Below the pieces are notes generated by a model that saw only the letters and a program-made list of their open reading frames with translations, did no database searches and was not told the origin of the DNA. A stretch of 64,000 nucleotides of DNA from Octopus vulgaris. Lineage: Eukaryota. Of this stretch, positions 12,749-26,919 are shown piece by piece. Position 1 is the stretch's first letter, and each line of letters starts with the position of its first letter. The stretch covers positions 41,292,001 through 41,356,000 of the forward strand of contig OX597837.1 in the NCBI GenBank assembly GCA_951406725.2. Direction: 5' to 3'. The position numbers were made by a program, and so were the translations under genes.

Positions 12749-13392
12749 CCTGTCTTTACATCTTCGTACATATACATATATAATATATACAAGTCTCTGT
12801 GTCTTTGCGTATATATTATATGCATGCACAACGAAGGAGAGTGAGAGAGAGGGAGAGACAAACAGACAGATATTCATTAATAAGTTACACTTATATCTTC
12901 ACACATTCATTAGTCGAGTTACGGTTAATATTATTAATGAATGTGTTGGAATTTTAATTCATACTAACGGTGTTATGTGATTTTTCAAAAGAACTTGTAA
13001 TTGCAGTCGCAGCGAACGTAGCAAAGGAATCTGTCAAAATCACGAACGAAATCTAACTTGAATAAGATACACTTCCTTCTAAAAGTCATGCACGCGGCGT
13101 TGGTCTGTGGTGCATTGGCCATGATTGTCAGGAGTGGCTGTGTGGTAAGAAGCTTGCTTCCCAACGAAATGGTTCCGGGTTCCATATATAATATGTGTGT
13201 GCGTGTGTGTGTGTGTGTGTATGGCTGTGTGGTAAGTAGCTTGTTTACCAGCCACATGGTTCTGGGTTCCATATATATATATATATTGTTGTATTTGGGG
13301 ATGGTCATGTTGCCAGTGTAGCCAATAAAAACACACGCACTATATATTTGGTGTTTACTTGCTTCAGTTTTATTTTATATTAATTGTATTTC

Positions 13393-13436
13393 GGCCAGAG
13401 TTCTTTCGTTACATTTCTGTGACCTCATCAGTGGTC
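13393..13436 (-). ncRNA. Hammerhead ribozyme (family H3), within repeat 13275-13440
   Basis: Minus strand: gacca-CTGATGA-g-gtcaca(gaaa)tgtaac-GAAA-gaac-TC-tggcc; homologous repeat at 51188-51310. Confidence 0.6.
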
Positions 13437-13562
13437 CGTTGCTTTGCTCGAAACGTAAAATCCTCTTTCTTTCCTTTCCTGAACGTCTGATAATACAGTA
13501 CTTGCACCACGTGCTCGCGTTGTTGTTTTTTTCATGTTTGTTCTTCTTTGTTTAGATTCACT

Positions 13563-13619
<57 letters not shown>

Positions 13620-13662
13620 TATATATATTTCTTGTTTCTCCCCGTGTTTCTTTTCTGTGTAT

Positions 13663-13698
13663 CTTTCTGTTGAAGAGCGTAGGCTCGAAACGTAAAAG
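13663..13698 (+). ncRNA. Minimal hammerhead-like motif with A6-to-U change, within repeat 13627-13800
   Basis: cttt-CTGTTGA-a-gagc(gtag)gctc-GAAA-cg-TA-aaag; truncated sister gctcgaaacgtaaaa at 13446-13460. Confidence 0.5.
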
Positions 13699-13889
13699 TC
13701 TTGTTTTATTTATATTCCTGAGCCCTATACTAATACAATTGTTTGTTTGTATTCCACCTGCCTTCGTCTTTTGTTTATTTTCATAAAGCTTCCCGTTATA
13801 TATATATACATATATATATATACATATATAAATATATATACATATATATATATATTTATATATGTATGTATATATGTATATGCATATAT

Positions 13890-13959
<70 letters not shown>

Positions 13960-14037
13960 ATATGTATATGCATATATATATATAAAACAATTGCAGCGTA
14001 GAAGGTGTTTATAAGTCATTTAAGAAACACATAAAAT

Positions 14038-14217
14038 CCGGATTAAGTCGATTATATCGACCCCAGTGCGTAACTGGTACTTATATAATCGACTCCGAAA
14101 GGATGAAAGGCAAAGTCGACCTCAGCGGAATTTGAGCTTAGAACGTAACAACGGCAGACGAAATACCGCTAAGCATTTCTCCCGACGTACCAACGTTTCT
14201 GCCAGCTTGCCGCCTTA
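14038..14217 (-). mobile_element. SINE family B
   Basis: Reverse complement of family B. Confidence 0.85.
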
Positions 14218-14424
14218 GCAGGACTGATATCAAACACAAAAGTATAAACGGCGAAGATCCGCCACACAACAGCGCTGAACCAAGAATACGTCCCGTTCAG
14301 CAGCTGTTACTGTGCCTCGCTTTTTCATATTGATTCTCTCATCGATGTGGCCCTGTTGCCCACGCTAACATCACTCTTTATATATATCTTCTTTCACTAA
14401 ACCAGGACATGCGGGTAATGATAA

Positions 14425-15430
<1,006 letters not shown>

Positions 15431-15549
15431 ATATATATATATATATATATAATGTGTGTATGTTATTATATGTATGTACAGTATGTATACGTTTTCACGT
15501 TAGTTCACGTGTGTTTATGAGAGAGAGAGTGTATGTGTGTGTATGCGGG

Positions 15550-15620
<71 letters not shown>

Positions 15621-15853
15621 CTCTGTGTGTCTGTGTGTCTGTATTCGTGTTGATGCTCACTGATGTAATATCCACTGTTGGCTCAAATAATAGAATTTAA
15701 TCATCATTCGATAGAGATCGATAACTAGAAGCAGATCGAAGTACGTACTCCATTCGATATCATCGACTATCACGCCTCAGCACTATGCCCCAGCGTGGGC
15801 GCAGTTCATTAAGTAGAATCAATAAAAAAGAAAGATTAATACGCGTGAATCTA

Positions 15854-15887
<34 letters not shown>

Positions 15888-16029
15888 TATGTGTGTGTGT
15901 GTGTGTGTGTGTGTACCTATGTATCGATACCTGTATGTACATATATATACGCATACCTCATTTGTGTGCACCAATGCGTTGTTGATCACTCGTTCTGATT
16001 GCTCGACATTTATGTATTGATCAGCCTGA

Positions 16030-17225
16030 GTAAAAATTAAGCAACGTTTTGAAACATGGAATTCCTCACAATATAATTTCAACAACGCAGAAATTCTATT
16101 CATCAAAGTAAGTACCGTTTACAATCAGCACATCTTTGCCAACGAGTTACAAGTTTGTTTATTCCGGTAACATAAAAAATCTGGAGTTCTGGGGCTGGTG
16201 GACGCTTTGAATGCACTTTCAGTATCGGCTTGATTTTTGAAACTCCTCCTGCAGGTAATATCAAGGCGCCTGAAAAAGTGGTAGTCGGTAGGAGAATGGT
16301 TTGGGGAATAAGCTGGGCGGGGAAGAACTTCGTAGCCAAGTTTCTTCAACTTCTGGAGGGTCATTAGTGAAACGTGTGGACGAGAATCCTCATGAAGAAT
16401 GATTGGCCCTCTTCTGTTGACCAGCCTGGGACGGAGGAGTAGCAGTTTTTCGTTCATTTTGACAATTTCATAGCAATGTTTCTGTAGTTATGGTTTTTCC
16501 ATGTTTTAAGAAGTTTTAGTGGATGGGTCCAGTAGTAAACGATCGAACAGTCACCATAACTTTTTGCAGAGCTCGAGTTTAGGGAAGGTTTTCAGTGCTT
16601 CATTTTGGTCCAACCACTGCGAAGAACGTTGTTTATTATTGTACAGGATCCACTTTTCATCGCAAGTTACAGTACGGTCGAGAAATGGATCGGTTTGGTT
16701 ACGTAGAAGCGACGAGCAACTTTCATATCTGCGCATTTTCTGATTTTCATTCAAATCGTGTGGTACCCATTTGTATAGAATTTTTTGATGTTCCGATTGT
16801 ATGCAAATGGTTGCAGGCAGTTTTCTGGCTAACTTCAAGTTCTTTTGCCAGTTCTCGGGTGGTTTTCTCAACGACGGTCTTTAATTGACCGTCATCGATA
16901 ACAGATTGGCATCCGCTACGCTCACGATTATCAAGGCTCAGGTCTCCACTGCGAAATCACTTCGAGCTGACCACTCACTGGTCATTTCCTCACCAAACGT
17001 TTCATTGATATTGCGAGCTGTTTCAGCTGGCTCTCGTCCATTTTTTTTTTTTTTTCGAAGTTGAATAGTAAAATTGCTCCAATATCGCGCTTTGACAATT
17101 CCAATTCAGATGATTGTGAGAAGGGTGAAAAACATATCAATGTTAATTCATTGATGCATTTGGGCAAGTCTTTGTCTGTATTATCAGACAATTGCAAAAA
17201 AAATGTTTAATAAAATTAAAAACTG
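16030..17225 (-). mobile_element. Mariner transposase pseudogene, near full length and frameshifted
   Basis: WVPHDL, VTCDEKWILY, LHEDSRPH and PAYSPNHSPTDYHFF motifs spread across successive frames. Confidence 0.92.
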
Positions 17226-17227
17226 CA

Positions 17228-17545
17228 AAACGCCGCCCTCCCGTCCAATGGTGCTGAGCTGTCAAACATTTAAAGCAAATTTTCTCAAAACAATTTGTCC
17301 AATTTTTCTCGCGTACGCGTAGTTTCGATCACAACTGTTGATGTACTTGCGCGTACAAATGCACGTTCCCACGGCTTTATCGATCGCATTCTCACCTGGA
17401 ATCGATTTTTGTAATTCTTTTTCAAGACTTATACACGCCCTGATACCGTCGGTATCTACATATCAAATTTGAACGCAATCGGATGGAAGATGCCCGAGAT
17501 CCTAGAAGACACACAGACAGACAGACAGAACGTATTTTGTAATAT
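17228..17545 (-). mobile_element. Non-autonomous Helitron/HINE-like repeat (family 2)
   Basis: Homologous to 59670-60035 and 55691-55845; (CAGA)n near the terminus and aaatttgaacgcaatcggatg block; class is inferred. Confidence 0.6.
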
Positions 17546-17562
17546 ATATATATATATATATA

Positions 17563-17982
17563 TTCTTTTACTCTTTTACTCTTTTACTTGTTTCAGTCAT
17601 TTGACTGCGGCCATGCAGGAGCACCGCCTTTAGTCGAACAAATCGACCCCGGGACTTATTCTTTGTAAGCCCAGTACTTATTCTATCGGTCTCTTTTTGC
17701 CGAACCGCTAGGTGACGGGGACGTAAACACACCAGCATCGGTTGTCAAACAACGCTAGGGGGACAAACACAGACAGACAAACATACACACACATACATAC
17801 ATATATATACATATATATACGACAGGTTTCTTTCAGTTTCCGTCTACCAAATCCACTCACAAGGATTTGGTCGGCCCGAGGCTATAGCAGAAGACACTTG
17901 CCCAAGGTGCCACGCAGTGGGACTGAACCCGGAACCATGTGGTTGGTAAGCAAGCTACTTACCACACAGCCACTCCTACGTC
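17563..17982 (-). mobile_element. SINE family A, full length
   Basis: Complete head, core, TA tract and tail with (gtaaaaga)n end. Confidence 0.9.
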
Positions 17983-18109
17983 TCTATATATATACATATA
18001 TCAAATAACGAGTTAAAAGCACCTCTAGTATTGTAGGCGGTATCGATCGCACATGTACGATGTATGTGTATGTTTATGCGCCAAATGTGCTGCTGGATAG
18101 CGTCTGCAG

Positions 18110-18344
18110 GTAGCGGTGGTGGGTGACAAACACAGACACATAAATACATGCACACATATATACATGTTTGTGTGTTTGTGTGTGTGTGTGTGTACGATGG
18201 GCTTCTTCCAGTTTCCGTCTATCAAATCCTCTCACAAGGGTTTGGTCGGGCAGAGGTTAAAGAAGACACTTGCCCAAGGTGCCACACAGTGGGACTGAAC
18301 CCAGAACCATGTGCTTGGGAGGCATGCACAGCCACGCCTGTGCC

Positions 18345-18345
<1 letters not shown>
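18110..18345 (-). mobile_element. SINE family A, diverged
   Basis: Matches family A. Confidence 0.75.
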
Positions 18346-18426
<81 letters not shown>

Positions 18427-18652
18427 AAGGTGGTGAGCTGGCAGAAACGTTAGCGCGCTGGGCGAAATGCTTAGTGGTATTTCATCTATCGTTACGTTCT
18501 GAGTTCAAATTCCGCCAAGGTCGACTTTGCCTTTCATCTTTCGGGGTCGATAAATAAAGTACCACTTTCGCACTGGGTCGATGTAATCGACTTAATCCCT
18601 TTGTCTGTCCTTGTTTGGCCCCTCTATGTTTAGCCCCTTGTGGGTAGTAATG

Positions 18653-18655
<3 letters not shown>
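18427..18655 (+). mobile_element. SINE family B, full length
   Basis: Matches family B. Confidence 0.9.
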
Positions 18656-18693
<38 letters not shown>

Positions 18694-18873
18694 AAGAGAG
18701 AGAAAGAGAGAGAGAGAGAAACAGACATAGTCAGACAGATAGAGAGAGAGAGAGAAAGAAAGATAACCAGACAGACAGACAGTCAAATAGATAAATACAT
18801 AGATAGATAGATAGACAGACAGACAGGCAGACAGACAGGCAGACAGACAGAGAGACAGACGGATAGATAGATT

Positions 18874-18935
<62 letters not shown>

Positions 18936-19349
18936 CAGATAGACAGACAGATTATATAAGCGGGCACCTTGTTTATGTCCTGTGTGCGCGTTTATGTCAT
19001 CGCGGGTCAATGCCGTGGCACATAACGGTTTGTTTATATTTCTGCGTATTAGCTGTAGTATATGCAAATCTATAAATATATGGATCGATTCTCGACCTCC
19101 TCCAGCTCTCAATAGATTTTTATGCGTGGGTGCACGTATTTGTGCGCGTGTGCACGCCCGTGGGAGCGTGTCTACGTGTGACTATTGCTTTCTTTTATTC
19201 CTTTGATCTTACGTACTTGTGCACTTCCGCTGCTTTCATCAGTCTCTTTTGTATATTCAAAGTAGTCTTCAGGTATGTGCATACGTCTAATTGCATATGC
19301 GCATATATATATATGTATGTATATATACACACGTGTGTGTGTATGTCTA

Positions 19350-19467
<118 letters not shown>

Positions 19468-19522
19468 CATACATATAGACATATGTATGTGTGTGTATAC
19501 ATATATATATATAGATAGATTT

Positions 19523-19579
<57 letters not shown>

Positions 19580-19620
19580 CAAACATATACAAACACGCGT
19601 TTGTATATTACTTCTATTTA

Positions 19621-19651
<31 letters not shown>

Positions 19652-19655
19652 GTGT

Positions 19656-19720
<65 letters not shown>

Positions 19721-20111
19721 CGAACATACACACAAGTTTTCATTCATACCTACACAACCTCCATGCGGGCCTACATTCATGCATAAATACATACGTGCAC
19801 ATCTACATAAAACAGCGCGCGAAAGAGAGAACCAAACAGAGGGAACGACAGAGACATAGGAAACAAAAAAAAAAAACCAAAGACAAACAGAAAATTTCAT
19901 TAATAAGTTAAGCTTTAAAATTTCCCACATTGATGAGACGAATTAATTTAGTACGTTGATGAACCTGCGAAATTTTAAAACATTCCAAGTTGTATTTTAT
20001 GATACAATGGTCCACCGTACTTTATGATACAATGGCTTTATATTATACATACTTTCGAACGTAGATGATGCATCTGCTAGAAACAACAGTCAAATACTTC
20101 CCGAATTACAT

Positions 20112-20424
20112 TTTTTTTATATGCCCTTTTCAAGCCTAGCCAGACACATGGGCCCGGTTTCCAGGTTTCTGTGGCGTATGTGCTCCCGCTAGCTTGACGG
20201 GACGCCAGTCCATCGCAGTATTACTCAAGAAACATGAAGAAAGAGTGAGAGAAAGTTGGGGCGAAAGAGTACAACAGGGGTCGGCACCACGCCCTGCCGG
20301 AGACTCGTGGAGCTTTTAGGTGTTTTTCGCTCAATAAACACACACAACGCCCGGTCTGGGAATCGAAACCGCGATCCTCCGGCCGCGAGTCCGCTGCCCT
20401 AACCACTGGACCATTGCGCCTCCA
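20112..20424 (-). mobile_element. Chimeric SINE: family D head plus family C tail, with 11-bp TSD
   Basis: ccgaattacat at 20101-20111 and 20425-20435; 5' part matches 39581-39765; 3' part matches 45960-46070. Confidence 0.85.
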
Positions 20425-20630
20425 CCGAATTACATATAATTTGGATTACTGTAGTCCTTGGTATGCTATGTAAAATATAGATTTGGTCGTGTCTTCGTTA
20501 CACTTGAGCATTATTGATCTCCTCTAACATGGTTGAGCTCAGCATGAACAAGATCAATATCGTTTGTGTGTGCGTGTTTTTTTTCTCTATGTATGTGTGT
20601 GTGTGCGCGCTATACATATACAAACGCATC

Positions 20631-20669
<39 letters not shown>

Positions 20670-20856
20670 TGCAAATAAGAAAATGGAGAAGCACATTAGT
20701 TGGTTCATCAGCTTAAGGATTTTAAAATGTTGATTTATTTATTTATCAAAACGACAATTATAATAACATACATACATATAGTATATTATTCAATAGATAT
20801 AAGATAATAATACAAGTAGTTATTAAAAAACATGAATATAAATTATCAAAATCACT

Positions 20857-20887
<31 letters not shown>

Positions 20888-21083
20888 CTTCGGATTTTAC
20901 CGAAATAAGCAGAGTGTTTGTTGATTTTAACCCACGCTGGTGGAAAGGGGAGAACAGAAATTCTTCGCTTGCATGTTTGAGTTTGTTGGCACTGTTAGTT
21001 ACGAGCAGATCTTCGAAAGCGATGAGAAGCCGAAAGAGTATGCTCTCACTTTCAGTGTTTTCAAATCCAAACCAAGGAGTTTC

Positions 21084-21135
21084 TGAGCTGATGATAGAAG
21101 TGTCGTGTTGACTAATCTTGAAACGTACGTTCTCA
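21084..21135 (+). ncRNA. Type-I hammerhead ribozyme (family H4)
   Basis: tgag-CTGATGA-[imperfect stem II aga..gtc(gtgtt)gac..tct]-GAAA-cgtacg-TT-ctca; palindromic stem III. Confidence 0.65.
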
Positions 21136-21346
21136 AATAACCTTTGCATTTGATTTTTTGATGTCTTTACCCCCAAACTTTCGTGAGTTGAGTTGACCAA
21201 ACACTATATGAGAGAGATTTTCTTTAAGTATTAGAAATGGTTTTTGAAAAAGTTTTTTAGCTGCTATTTCTAATGAGTTCAGTATGCGGCAAAGTAATTT
21301 ATTTTACTAAGCCCTTTTATATATTATATATATATATATATATATA

Positions 21347-21790
21347 TGATGGATTATCTCGTCGTGAACGACAAGTGAGAGTTCAGCAGAATGAAGCGTT
21401 AATCATGTTCTCTGATCAGAAATGTGTCTCTTGAAGCCTTGCTGGTTCCCTACAAACATTTTGGCAAATGGAATAAACTGAGGGCTCAGTTTGCTGGAGT
21501 TCTGGTGGATCATTTACAATATGTTTCCTTGGGTGGTCGGCAAGGTCTGCTTTGCTCCGTGTCACAAAACCAGAATGACAGGTAAGGTTTCTATTTAGAG
21601 GATTGCCTTTATTCTTTCACAAATTTGGTACCGTTGTTGGAGTCAACTTTGGTCAAATCTTTGAATTTAATAAGACTGTGGTTGATACTACAGTTGCATG
21701 CTTGCAAAAATATTGTCAGTTTTTCAGGCAGTGGCCGGTTGTGCTCCAGGAATCTTTCCGAGCACCTTAGATATATCGACACTAGTCAGA
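21347..21790 (-). mobile_element. Decayed RTE-like LINE 3' end
   Basis: Minus-strand translation LTCHSGFVTRSKADLADHPRKH..SICQNVCR resembles the zinc-finger-like C-terminus at 236-575; ends at a (TA)n tract. Confidence 0.35.
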
Positions 21791-21839
21791 TCACTGACTG
21801 CTGGTGGCAGTTGGCTCGATGTAATCGACTTAATCCCTT

Positions 21840-22042
21840 TGTCTGCCAAACGATAATGAATCGCCATACATACATATATACATATATTTGACAGGCTTCT
21901 TTCAGTTTCCGTCTACCAAATCTACTCACAAGGATTTGGTTGACCCGAGACGATAGTAGGAGACACTTGTCCGAGGTGCCGCGCAGCGGAACTGAACCCA
22001 GAGCCATGTGGTTGGGAAGCAAACTTCTAACCACACGGCCAT
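21840..22042 (-). mobile_element. SINE family A 5' half
   Basis: Matches family A. Confidence 0.8.
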
Positions 22043-22349
22043 GTATATATATATATATATATATATACATATAGATATACATATACATATACATATGCAT
22101 ATACATATATATATATATACATATATATATACATATATTGGCGCATACATGTATATGTATGTATATAGTTACGTATATAGGCAAGTATGTATATGCGTGT
22201 ATATATATATATGTACTCACACACACACACACATATCGCGGGTTTCTGCGGTCGATGGATATTTATATTTTTTTAGATTTTAATCATTCTGTGGGAGGTT
22301 TTAGAACATAACACCCACGATAGTCGAGGGAATATTGTGTATAAATATA

Positions 22350-22674
22350 TATGTATGCATGTATGTATGTATGTATGTATGTATGTATGTATGTATGTAT
22401 GCATGTATGTATGTATGTATGTATGTATGTATTATGTATTATGTATGTATGTATGTCTGTATGTATGTATGTATGTATGTATTATGTATGTATATACACA
22501 CGCACATATATACATTCATGCATACATGCACGCATGCATACATACATACATACATACATACATTCATACACACATACATACATACATACATACATACATA
22601 CATACATACATACATACATACATACATACATACCTACCTACCTACATACATACATACATACATACATACATACA

Positions 22675-22706
<32 letters not shown>

Positions 22707-22712
22707 CATACA
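22350..22712. repeat. (TATG)n followed by (CATA)n microsatellites
   Basis: Directly visible; the two tracts are reverse complements. Confidence 0.95.
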
Positions 22713-23299
22713 TTTTTCGGTTTAAAATGGTTCCGGATTTCCGCCTCTCAACAACTCTGCACTTTCGAGACCTGACACAAACAAAAACAAAATACAATAT
22801 TTGTAACCGCGGGAATTTCCGCTTCGATTATCACGGCTAACACCGACGACCACGACAACACCAGCAACCAAAATAACAACAACAACAACAACAACTACAC
22901 CATTGCCAAGTATATCTAGAACTGGAAGCATATATCCGTCAGAATCATTTATTCTTTCCACTTAAATCCATATTTATTCTAGTTCCTTAAAAATGGCAGA
23001 GGAAAATACAAGCGTCTACTTGAAGCGGGTAACGAAATAAATATTCTTGTACGAAATGTACCCAAACTTTATTCTCTTCACAGTTAAACAGAATCGACAA
23101 CTGACAGCTTTCTAAAATAGCTGTCACAGATATTGACAGTTATTCTATTTCCAAGAATTGTCTGTCGATTTTGGAAAGCAATCCAAACACAGCCAAACGC
23201 TGCCATAGTTGAGCGTGATTAAAATGGAAAGGAACTTGTGACTACGTCGCCATCTTCGTTACTACTGCCTTCATCCAAGATTTGTATATACTTGCATAT

Positions 23300-23737
23300 C
23301 TGTGTGTGCGTGAGTCTGTGCGTGTGTGTATGTGTGTGTGAGTGTGTGTGTGTGAGTGTGTGCGTGTGTGAGTGTGTGTGTAAGTGTGTGTATGTGTATG
23401 TGTGTGTATATATGTATATGTGAGTGTGTGTATGTGTGTGTGAGTGTGTGTGCATTTGTGTGCATTTGTGTGTATGAGTGTGTGAGTTTAAGTGTGTGTG
23501 AGTGTGTGTGTATGTGTGTGCATGTGTGTCTGAGTGTGTGTGTGTGTATGTGTATGAGTTGTGTGCGTGTATGTGTGTGTATGTGTGAGTGTGTGCGTAT
23601 GTTTGTATGTGTGTGCGTAAGTGTGTGTGCATGTGTGTGTGAGTGTGTGTAAGTGTATGTGTACGTGAGTGTGTGAGTGTGTGTGAGTATATGAATGTGT
23701 GTGAGTGTGTGTGTGAGTGTGTATATGTGTGTGTGTA
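23300..23737. repeat. Degenerate (TG)n tract
   Basis: Directly visible. Confidence 0.9.
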
Positions 23738-24561
23738 TTAATGTTTTTTTTTATATATATAAAAACAATTTAACAATAGGCCGAAGCATTACTCAATACA
23801 TTTCGGTGGATAACCTTTTTACGAACCACTTTCTTCAAGAAATAAAATAACAGAGCGGCACCATAGAATGCTGCTGAGTTTAAAATGAAACCGGTAAATA
23901 AATACAATTAACAATAAAAATCCTTAACCCTTAAACATTTAAACCGGCCACATCCGGCCCTTATACCCTACTCGTTTTATTTTCAAACTGTTTCTCTCCC
24001 CTTCTTGTTCGTCATCCTTTCTGGTTTCCTCTCTCACCCTTCCCTATTCTTCTCCTCTCCCCTTCACCGTTCCCTCTCTCTCACTCCTCCTCCTCGACTC
24101 TCTCGTCGCTGACACGTGACGAGAGGGAATCTATCTTTTTGACTACTACCTTCGTAAAGACTAAACGTGCTTATACTGTCTCTTCATAAGCTCGTCTTCC
24201 TAAACGTTCTGAATAATTTTTACATCGTGTTGGCTTAACAACCCTCATCGTTTGCTTTCACTGTTTTGTCCTCATTGTTCTGTATTTTACTGTTTTTACC
24301 TTTTTATTGTTTTTACTGTTTTCTTCTCACTGTCCAGTTCTTGTTACCACTTTTACCCCTCCGCAAAAAATCCCAAATTTTATTTAACTGCTTTGCGTGA
24401 AGGACTGTTTCAACGAAGTCGGGTCTTGTCCAGCGGTGACTGTTTACATCTCGTTCAGAGATTTATTATTGCATGCAGGCAGTTTTTCGAAATCAGTGAC
24501 GGAAGTTACTAGAAAAACACTTAGGTATTTGCATACAGGTCTTCCTTTTCATCGTAAACCG

Positions 24562-24620
24562 GTGATTACCGCCCGTTGACAAGAGGCAACAACCTCGAAA
24601 CCGCGGTCCGTGCGTATCAC
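24562..24620 (+). ncRNA. Type-I hammerhead ribozyme, U3-A8 core variant (family H5)
   Basis: gtgattaccgcccg-TTGACAA-gagg(caacaa)cctc-GAAA-ccgcgg-TC-cgtgcgtatcac; extended stem I, perfect stem II, palindromic stem III, GUC site. Confidence 0.75.
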
Positions 24621-25097
24621 TTAGGCTTACGAGAGAGGGATGACCTCCCTTTGCAAATACCATAAGGGCACAGATAGTGTGCCTAAAGCCAGCTGGGGAC
24701 GATGATCTCCTGGGGATAAAAGCTACAGTAACACCCACCCTTTGTGGTTAGCCATATTGAGATGGCTATTATACTTTACGTTATATATATATATATATAT
24801 ATATATATAAGATTGCATCTTACACCGTTTATTCCTTTGGAATAAAACCATGTTGTCTTCGAAACATATGTCGAAAGTAAAGGAATTTCATTAACATCTT
24901 CGTTCAACTCCATTTATTTATTTATTCATATATAACACACAAATTTCTGCACATTAACCCGGAGTTTCTACCTTTGGATAGGTCGCTTCAACCGTGTTTC
25001 TGACGTGAATTTGCTACCCTGGTATCGGTTCATCGAATTTTCCATGTTGACAGTAAACATAGGATAATTCATTCACCCATCGAAATATATATATATA

Positions 25098-25130
<33 letters not shown>

Positions 25131-25704
25131 ATGTATGTATGTATGTATGTATGTATGTATGTATGTATATAAATGCGCGCACGTGTGTGAGTTACTATAT
25201 TTATATTTATAGATGGGTATATATTTATCTGAAAACGTTTATTTATCGTCAAAGACTTTTATATCCTGTAGCTTCTTTCTACACGTAACGACCAGCGTTC
25301 GGCCATCGCTGGTTTCTCTCCTTTGCAAGTCGTCAGAGAACGACCAACGGGCTACCTGTCAATAGTTGTACCTGCGCTCACCTGGTCAAAGAGAGGCTCA
25401 CTGCCGAAGCCGCCGACGTCATCACCACTGCAACCGCTACCATACCACTGACACTACCACCGCTACAGCCACGGCCACCACACCACTACCACAACAACCA
25501 CCCTCCTCCAACACTTCACATCTCACACCATTTATCACCCCACTCATATTGCATTTATACATGCATTTGTGTATATATATATATATGTATTTATATATGT
25601 ATATATGTGTGTGTGTATATATATATCTCGTATAGATATATATATATATATGCATAGATCTATACATATATATATATATATATATGTACATATATATATG
25701 TATA

Positions 25705-25749
<45 letters not shown>

Positions 25750-26066
25750 GTACATGTATATACATATCATATATATATATATATATATGTGTCTGTTGTG
25801 TCTATACATACATATATATATACATATGTATATAAACTTATACATATATACAGCATCCAATGATCTATATATTGTACATATATATATATATGTATGTATG
25901 TATATATATATGTGTGTGTGTGTAGGTATGTATGTATATATATATGTGTGTGTATGTATGTGTGTATGTATGTATGTATATACATACATGCAGCTATCTA
26001 CGTATCTGATGATATATATGTACATATATAGGTGAGTGTAAGTGTGTGTGTGTGCATGAGTGTGTG

Positions 26067-26104
<38 letters not shown>

Positions 26105-26114
26105 TGTGTGTGTG

Positions 26115-26159
<45 letters not shown>

Positions 26160-26324
26160 GTGTACAGTGGGCCCTCGCATCCAACCCTGATGTTATGCCA
26201 ATAAGCTGCCATTCAGAGCGATACACTCAGGTGATGCTGACAAACGCTACTTAATTGATAAATTGAATAATTCTACTTCGCCGCTAGATGTCAGCACATC
26301 CACTGATGATAATCCTCGCTGCTT

Positions 26325-26486
26325 ACAATAACAACAACTATTACAACTACTACTGTTAGTACTACAACCACTAGTATTATTAATATTATTACTACAACAA
26401 CAACCAGAACTATTATGATTATTATCATGTTGTCGTTATTATCATCATCATCATCATCATCATCATACTCGTGCCAAATAAATGAA

Positions 26487-26548
<62 letters not shown>

Positions 26549-26842
26549 CATCATGTTGTTGTTGTTGTTATCATCATCATCACCATCATTATCATCATCG
26601 TCATCGTCGTCCTGTGTTGTCCTTGATCTGCTAGCAAACCCTTGGTGGTTAATAAAAATCTCATCATTATTGTCATCGACATCATCATCATCATCGTATT
26701 CATCATTATCATCATAACCATCACCATCATCACTTTTATAACCATGATCATCTTCACCATCATTATCATCATAATCATAATCATAATCATAATCATCATT
26801 ATCATAACTATTATTACTGCAATAGTAGTAGTAGTATTAATT

Positions 26843-26919
<77 letters not shown>

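Noticed and set aside
12625-12770. Short local duplications within TA tracts (also 29620-29822, 56224-56300, 63340-63465)
   Set aside because: Consistent with ordinary slippage or unequal exchange in microsatellite-rich DNA
24830-24880. gaaacatatgtc with palindromic stem III as a hammerhead
   Set aside because: The 5' core and stem II are not recognisable; at most a decayed relic
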